This document shows positions 56,047 to 64,000 of a stretch of 64,000 nt of DNA, one piece after another. This DNA is from Octopus vulgaris (Eukaryota), in contig OX597838.1 of assembly GCA_951406725.2 (NCBI GenBank), positions 37,262,001-37,326,000 of the forward strand, read 5' to 3'. Position numbers and translations under genes: made by a program. The notes under the pieces are model-generated. The model worked only from the letters and a program-made list of their open reading frames with translations, had not been told where the DNA came from and made no database searches. Each line of letters opens with the position of its first letter. The first letter of the stretch is position 1.

Positions 56047-58691
56047 ATTATATGCATTTATGTATATAGCTTCTATATACATTAAATATTTGTTTAGATG
56101 TTTATATATATATATATATACATATATTCACACTCAAATATATATATACACACACACACACATGCATGTATATTTATAGTTTCTATGCATATATATACAC
56201 GTGCAAATATGCATATAGATGTTTATAACATATATATATATATATGTATATTCACACACACACACACAGATATATATACAGAAGCCTATGTGTTTAGAGT
56301 TCCTATGCTTATATATATATATACACATGCTCATATATGCATATATGTTTATAGATCATGATCATCAGTTAACAGCCAGCTTCCATGCTGTCATGGGTTG
56401 TATGGCTTGCCAGGAATTGACAAACCAGAGGACTGCAGCATGTTCTGGAGTCTATTTTGACATGGTTCTTCTGACTGGATGTCCTTCATAATGCCAACCA
56501 CTATACAGAGTGGATTCGGTGCTTCTTTACGTGGCACCAGCACTAGTGATGTCTTTTTTGGCATGGGTTTTACAGCTGGATGCCTTTCCAAAGAGCAACC
56601 ACTTTACTGAGTGGATGAGTGAATGTTTTTTTACCAAGCAACTTGCAAGACAAACGTCCTTTGAGAGGGGTGGGTACTGGAGGAAGTGGCTTTGTGCCAG
56701 GAGATGAGTTTGGAGTACAACAGAAGGACAGCAACAGGTGGCGAGTGGAGAGTGTGAGGGAGGGAGCAAAGATGAGAGGAATCGAGAGGGATGGAGGCAA
56801 TGTGCTAGGGAATACTCTCAGGGCTGAGGACACACGAGTAGGGAGTTCATGTGAATGCAAAAAAGTGGGGTGAGAAGTGGGGATGCAGTGACTGGTGAAA
56901 CCTAGGCATAACAGTATTGGAACGATACACTTGGCAGTGCAGGGGGGACAGGATTGGGCAGCAGGAGTGGAGGGGGAGGGATAAGTATAATGCTAGGGAA
57001 AAGGGAACGTGAGGAGGAGGAGGAGGAAGGGAAGAGATGTAGTTTGGTTTATTTGTATGAAAAGTCTTATGTTACCTGTGGGTGTGGCACATTGCACTTC
57101 CAGAACTCAGTTTCACTGAGGTGGGCAGGTGTTGAAGAACCTTGTATCCCCAGAAATCATGGCCCAGTGTCATCTCCTCCATGAGGCCCAAAATCTTGAG
57201 TTGAGTCCTCACTACTTAATCCTATGTCTTCCGAAGTCTCCCTCTTCCACAGGTGTCACCCACTTTAAGCGATCGGCACTTTATACAGCTGTCATCATTC
57301 ATACACATCACATGTCTAAACCAACATAGTATTCTCTTTTACATGTTGTATCTGCTTCCAATATATCATCATCATCATCATCATCATCGTTTAACGTCCG
57401 TTTTCCATGCTAGCATGGGTTGGACAGTTTGACCTGGGTCTGGGAAGCCAGGATGCTGCACCAGGCTCCAGTCTGATCTGGCAGTGTTTCTACAGCTGGA
57501 TGCCCTTCCTAATGCCAACCACAACATGCGTGTAGTGGGTCCATTTTACGTGTCACCAGAATGGAAGCCAGTCAAGGCGGCGCTGGCATTGGCCACGTTC
57601 GGATGGTGCTTTTTACCTGCCACTGGCACAGGTATCACAACTACAATTTCTGTTTGATTTGTATTTTGATGTTGATGTACTTGACTCAATAGGTCTCCTC
57701 AAGCACAGCAGGTCGCCCTACAATCCAAAGTATATATATATATATATATATATATATGGGAAGGTGCATATCTTGGTGGTTAGGGTGTTGCACTTCTGAT
57801 TGTGAGATTGTGGGTTCAATTCCCAGAGCAGGCATTGCATTGTGTTCTTGAGCAAAGCACTCCATTTCACATTGCTCTGCGATCATTTCGACATCTGACA
57901 TGTGGCACCCATTGCACCTGTTGAACCCTCATACAGTGTCTAACAATGGGAGAGTCCCTCATATCACCTTAAAATTTCAAACACAGAAACACATCTAGAC
58001 ACGAGTAAATATTAACTGGGCTAGGAAGCAGTTGAAGGTTGGCAACAGGAAAAGCATCTGCGGATAGAAATACGGCCTCAGTAAACTTCATGTGACCCAT
58101 TATTAAAATGATGATGACAATGGTGATGATGATAAAAAATGTGTATCCTCTTATGTTTTAACCATTTCTCCAAAGAAGCTTCATACATATATATATATAC
58201 ATGTTGTTTGTTCCTTCTCGAGCCGTGCCTGGCTCATAAGGGCCAGTTTCCCGGTTTCCTTGGCATATAGGTTCCCCACCTGGATAGGACGCCAGTCTAT
58301 CGTAGGTGAGCTGCATGATGCAGGAGGAAAGAGTGAGAGAAAGTTGTGGCGAAAGAGTCAGCAGAAGTTTGCCATTACCTTTTGCCGGAGCCGCGTGAAG
58401 CTTAGGTGTTTTGCTCATAAACACATACATCGCCCGGTCTGAGATTTGAACCCGCAATCCCTCGACTGCAAGTCCGCTGCTCTAACCACTAGGCCATGTG
58501 CCTCCACAACACACACACACACACACACACATGAATGTATATATTTATATATGTATGCCTGTATATAAATATGTGTGTGTGTGTGTGTATTTATATATAT
58601 ATATATATACATACACACACACACACACATGAATGTATATATTTATATATGTATGCCTGTTTATATATATGTATGTGTGTGTGTGTGTATT

Positions 58692-58723
<32 letters not shown>

Positions 58724-59433
58724 ATAAATGAATGTGTTTGTGCACAACTTTCTAGCCATGGCAGCAAGGAAAATTGACATTAAATGATAATTATATATAT
58801 AGACATACATATATCTATACACACGCACATCATCATCATTTATACTTATACATATGTATGCACACACAAACACACACACACACACACTTGCACACACTCT
58901 GCCCCTTTATGCAGAAACTCACAAGCACAAATCTATATCTTGGCAATGCTACAGATCTGGCTATAAATCAAAGCATTTTGTACAGCTTATTAAACTATTA
59001 TTGATGTGTCTTTGTAAGTGACCAAAGGTCAGCGGGTCAGATGGCTTATGGGACCTGGTGTCCACTCGTATTCTGGCATGATATATGTATATCTAGTGCA
59101 AAGTTTTGATGCTTATCTGTGCATATATGTGTGTGTGTGTGTGCGTGTTTAGTGATTGATATACACATATTTGTGCGTGTATATGTGTATGTATGCATAA
59201 ATGTGTGTGTGTGTGTTTGTGTTTTTGTATATAGTATACATGTGTGTGTGTGTGTGTTTACTGACTGATGTACACATAATTGTATGCGCATATGTGTGTA
59301 TATATGTGTGTGTGTGTATGCTTAAATGTGTGTGTGTGTGTGTTTGTGTTTTTGTATATAGTATATGTGTGAATGTGTGTGCATGTATATGTTTGTGTTT
59401 TTGATATAATGTGTGCATGTGTATTTCTGTATA

Positions 59434-59477
<44 letters not shown>

Positions 59478-59974
59478 AATGATTGACATATACATAATTG
59501 TGTATGCATGTGTTGGTATATATGTATGCATAAGTATATATGATTGTGTGTGTGTGTGTATGCATGGGTTCATATGTGTATGTGTGTGTGTGCGCTGCGA
59601 TCGTGGCACAGTCCTTTGACCTATCAAATCCTGTTGAGCCTTCCAGTCAATACCATGATGGAAGATGGACATTAAAACATGATGATGATGATTATGATGA
59701 TGATTATGATGTGTGTGTGTGTGTTATGGTATTTCTTGTGGTGCCACCTGGGCCCCTCATCATCCCTATTAGCTTCCTTGCAGCTGCAACTGATTCATTC
59801 TCACACATTCCCCTAAATGCAAGTAGCCACATAACTCCTCTGCAAACAGAGCCTCTTCAGCCTCGCCCTCTCCTCCTCCTCCTCTCATACCGTAACCCTC
59901 GTTTCCAACCATAAAGGTGCACTCCCCTTCTCTTTCATTGTCTTCTGAGTGAGCTGCATGCTGACACTTCTTAT

Positions 59975-60670
59975 GTGTCCAGTAAACCTCTCGTGGGTCG
60001 AGTACACCTCTCGTGGGTCCAGTAAACCTCACGTTTGTCCAGTAAACCTCTCATGGGTCCAGTACAGCTCTCGTATGTCCAGTACACCTCACGTTTGTCC
60101 AGTAAACCTCTTGTGGGTTCAGTAAACCTCTCATGTGTTCAGTGCACCTCTCGTGTGTCCAGTACAGCTCTCGTGTGTCCAGTACACCTCTCATGTGTCC
60201 AGTACACCTCACGTTAGTCAAGTACGCCTGTCATGTGTCCAGCACACTTCTTCTATGTCCAGCACACCTCTTCTGTGTCCAGCACACCTCTCGTGTGTCC
60301 AGCACACCTCTCGTGTGTCCAGTACACCTCACATGAGTCCAGTATACTTCTGTGTCCAGCACACCTCTCGTGTGTCCAGTACACTTCTGTGTCCAGTACA
60401 CCTCTCATGTGTCCAGTACACCTCTCATGTGTCCAGTACACCTCTGTGTCCAGTACACCTCTTCTGTGTCTAGCACACATCTTCTGTGTCCAGTACACCT
60501 CACATGAGTCCAGTACACCTCTGTGTCCAGTACACCTCTTCTGTGTCCAGCACACATCTTCTGTGTCCAGTACACCTCTCATGTGTCCAGTACACCTCTG
60601 TGTCCAGTACACCTCTTCTGTGTCTAGCACACATCTTCTGTGTCCAGTACACCTCTCGTGTGTCCAGTAC
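59975..60670. repeat. Minisatellite, 17-20-nt unit tgtccagtacacctc(tca)tg
   Basis: More than 30 directly abutting variant units. Confidence 0.9.
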
Positions 60671-61053
60671 ATCTCTTATGTATGTTCCAGCGTTACTTTC
60701 CCATGCAAGGAACATATTTGCCAATATAGTTGTAGATATCTAGAGGAAAGCTTACATGTTTGTATGGTTGTATGGGTGGCATGTCCATGATTACACCTAC
60801 ATGGAATCAGGGCTGACCCAGGTCCTTAGTGACATCATCATCACCATCACTGACAACAATAACAACACCAATGCCAAATAATCATCTTCACTAATTATTT
60901 AGAAATTAGAAATGCATAAATATCTCAAAAAATCTCATCAACTGCAAATTATACAGTCTTAATGAATCATTTAATCAACCTCTTAATTATTTATTTATTC
61001 ATTATTAAAATAATTGTTTATTTTCTTGTAGTTGTAAGGAGTTTATTTCAGTA

Positions 61054-61086
<33 letters not shown>

Positions 61087-61844
61087 TTATGAGTATATAT
61101 GTGTACGTGTGTATTTGTGTGTATATGTACACAACTGCATGAGTGTGTGTTTGTGTGTGTGTATGTGTATTTCTGCATGTGTGCATCTTTGTTGACCTTC
61201 AATAATTTGCATTAAAGCGTGTTTGCTTGCATGTGTGTGTGTGTTTACACATGCACACATGTGCATGCACGCACACACACACATTTAGGTACAGTTTTGG
61301 CCGAGTAGTTAAGAAGCTTTGTTTACAGTTATGTAGTTTTGGGTTCAGTCCCACAGCATGGTACCTTGAGCAGGTATCTTCTACTATAGGCCCAGGATGG
61401 CTAATAATGCCTTTGAGCGAATTTGGTAGATGGAAACTGTGCAGAATCCCACTGCCTATATATATATATGTGCACATGTGTGTGTGCATGCGTGTCTTTG
61501 TGATTGTCCCCCCACTGCCACTGTTTGACAACCAGTGTTGGTTTGTTTGCATTCCAATAACTAGGTAGTTCAACTAAAGAAAGTGACAGGATAAGTAACA
61601 GACTTGAAAATATAAGTATTGGGGTTGATCTGTTTGAGTTAACCCAGCAAGGCAGTGCTCCAGTATGGTTGCAATCCAATGACTGAAACCAGTAAAAGAT
61701 AAATGATGTTTGTCTGTGTGTATGTGTGTGTGTGTGTGGGAATTTCATTTTATTTCCATGATTTATTATGCAGGTGTAGACATGTATATACATATAAATA
61801 TACATGTATATACATACAAACATGCACACATTAACACATGTCAG

Positions 61845-61876
<32 letters not shown>

Positions 61877-62471
61877 AATTAACAATTAAGGATAACCTCT
61901 TAATAAGGAATCTTAACAAGAAATTATCAGGTAGTTAGCGTGAAAAACCTCATAAAAGAAAAGAATTCGAAAATAATTTTTTTCTTTTGAACAAATTAAT
62001 TATATCTATATTGTATAGAGGGCATTAATACACATAAATGCCTCACACTAAGAGGGACAAAGTCATTACTACCATTTTGGTAGTAATGACTTTGTCCCTC
62101 TTAGTGTGAGGCATTTATGTGTATTAATGCCCTCTATACAATATATATATATATATATGCATTAACACATGCGTGTGTGTGAGTGTGTATGTATATATGT
62201 GTATGTATATATATATATGTATAGATATGTGTGTGTATGTGTATATATATATATATATGTATAGATATGTGTGTGTATGTGTATATATATATATGTATAG
62301 ATATGTGTGTGTATGTATATATATATATATATGTGTGTGTGTGCATGTATATATATATGTGTTTGTGTATGTATATATATATATGTGTGTGTGTGTATAT
62401 ATAAAAGGCGGTGCTCCAGCATGGCCGCAGTCAAATGACTGAAACAAGTAAAAGAAAAAAAAAAAAGAAAA

Positions 62472-62514
<43 letters not shown>

Positions 62515-63134
62515 TATATATTTGTTTGAATGCGTGTATGTTGGTTTTCTTCAGTAATTTGTTATGAGGATTCATTTATTTGTGTGTGTCACTGAGCATG
62601 TGAGTTTGTGTGTGTGCGTGACTGAGCATGTGTGTGTGACTGAGCATGTGTGTGTTTGTGTGTGTGTGCCTTTCAATCTATATATGTAAATTTATTTTTA
62701 AAAATTTACCTGTGCACTCATGTCTATGTATGTCCATGTGGACAACTGTTTGTTTTCATTTTTAATCATAAAAATCTATATTCACTCATATTTATTTTCT
62801 GTTTTTTTTTTCATTATTCTAATTTGTTTATTTTCTTCCATCCTTATTATTATTTTTAATTTTTTTCTTTTTCTATGTTTTGCTTTAAAATCAAATTTTC
62901 AGTTTTTACATTAATTTTTCAGTTGCTAAAATTCTTATTTTTATTTAATCTATGTATTTTTTATTTTTGAATTTGATTTTGCTGTTTTATGCTTAATCTT
63001 TTATTTTGTTTATTATTTTCATTATGTATCCCCCACCCCTTCCCCTTAAGGAACAAGGGGGATAGGTTTGAACATGCAAAGCAGAGCATTCACTGCTTGT
63101 GAGTCCTTGCTCAATGGTAGCACAACGAGAATAT

Positions 63135-63370
63135 AAGGCGGCGAGCTGGCAGAAACGTTAGCACACCGGGCGAAATTCTTAGCGGTATTTCGTCTGTGGC
63201 TACGTTCTGAGTTCAAATTTCGCCGAGGTCGACTTTGCCTTTCATCCTTTCGGGGTCGATAAAATAAGTACCAGTTATGCACTGGGGTCGATGTAATCGA
63301 CTTAATTCGTTTGTCTGTCCTTGTTTGTCCCCTCTATGTTTAGCCCCTTGTGGGTAGTAAAGAAATAGGT
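63135..63370 (+). mobile_element. SINE family B
   Basis: Full-length copy; further copies at about 5580-5817, 10938-11172, 15423-15618 and 46467-46692. Confidence 0.85.
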
Positions 63371-64000
63371 AGCACAACTGGGAAAACAGAACATAAAAAC
63401 CACACAACGCAACATGTGGCTACATTAAAACTTCTACATGGCTCAATTCGTTTGTACCTGTTTGGACATTTCAGTCAAATATGCTCAACAAACATAAAGA
63501 GGCTTTGTTAACTGTTTAACTGTAGTGGAATTCTATGGGCAATTATTTAATAGACATGACATAAGGGTCTTGTTCAGCTGTGTCCCCTGTGTAAAAATAA
63601 TTTTAGTGAACACCCCTAAACAGCACACAGAGGCGCTATGCTCATGTTGGGTTAGCTCTGAATGCCCAACTCTATGGTTGTGGTCTATGATGCACAGGTG
63701 GTGTCCAGTGGTAGCAGAAGCAATGGCAGTGGCAGGAACAACAGCAACAGCAGCAGCAGTGTGGAGGCGCAATGGTCCAGTGGTTAGGGCAGCGGACTCG
63801 CGGTCATAAGAACGCAGTTTCAATTCCCAGATCAGGCATTGTGAGTGTTTATTGAGCAAAAACACCTCAGCTCCACGAGGCTTCGGCGAGGGGTGGGGGA
63901 TGAACCCTGCTGTACTCTTTCACCACATCTTTCTCTCACTCTTTCTTCCTACTTCTGCCACAAAGCAGAGGAACCATGGTGTGACCCACTATGGTGTGAC

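Noticed and set aside
59975-60670. CRISPR-like regular array and Cys/His-rich ORFs
   Set aside because: Units abut directly with no unique spacers, there are no cas genes and the context is eukaryotic; it is a minisatellite.
63762-63835. tRNA-Arg gene
   Set aside because: tRNA-like head of SINE family C, which continues into the SINE body and is multicopy.
55630-64000. Second eMIC exon (S-ARKRP...)
   Set aside because: No AG-(T/C)GCN-Arg-Lys-Arg-Pro sequence was found by eye; it probably lies beyond the window.

Overview
This is eukaryotic, AT-rich DNA saturated with microsatellites. The tRNA-derived SINE families look like an octopus (coleoid cephalopod) genome, which is an inference. Almost all ORF-track entries are artefacts of (TA)n/(CA)n/(TAT)n/(CAT)n repeats or SINEs. 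Two real, phase-compatible coding exons lie on the + strand (39351-39767 and 55482-55628). They encode an RS-rich region ending in RRRPGSPSHLDKRRIT(S), the first half of the eMIC (enhancer of microexons) domain of Srrm2/3/4, the neural microexon regulator. The rest appears intronic and contains three main SINE families, a decayed maT/Tc1-mariner transposon, non-autonomous Helitrons (one with a Pif1 helicase remnant), RTE/CR1 LINE ends, MITEs and Penelope-like element (PLE) remnants. The most striking hidden signal is about 12 type I hammerhead ribozyme motifs in short elements, many nested in (TA)n tracts. Free-standing intact cores are antisense to the gene, while sense-strand copies are mutated or locked in a perfect palindrome. 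All folds were read by eye; no searches were run.
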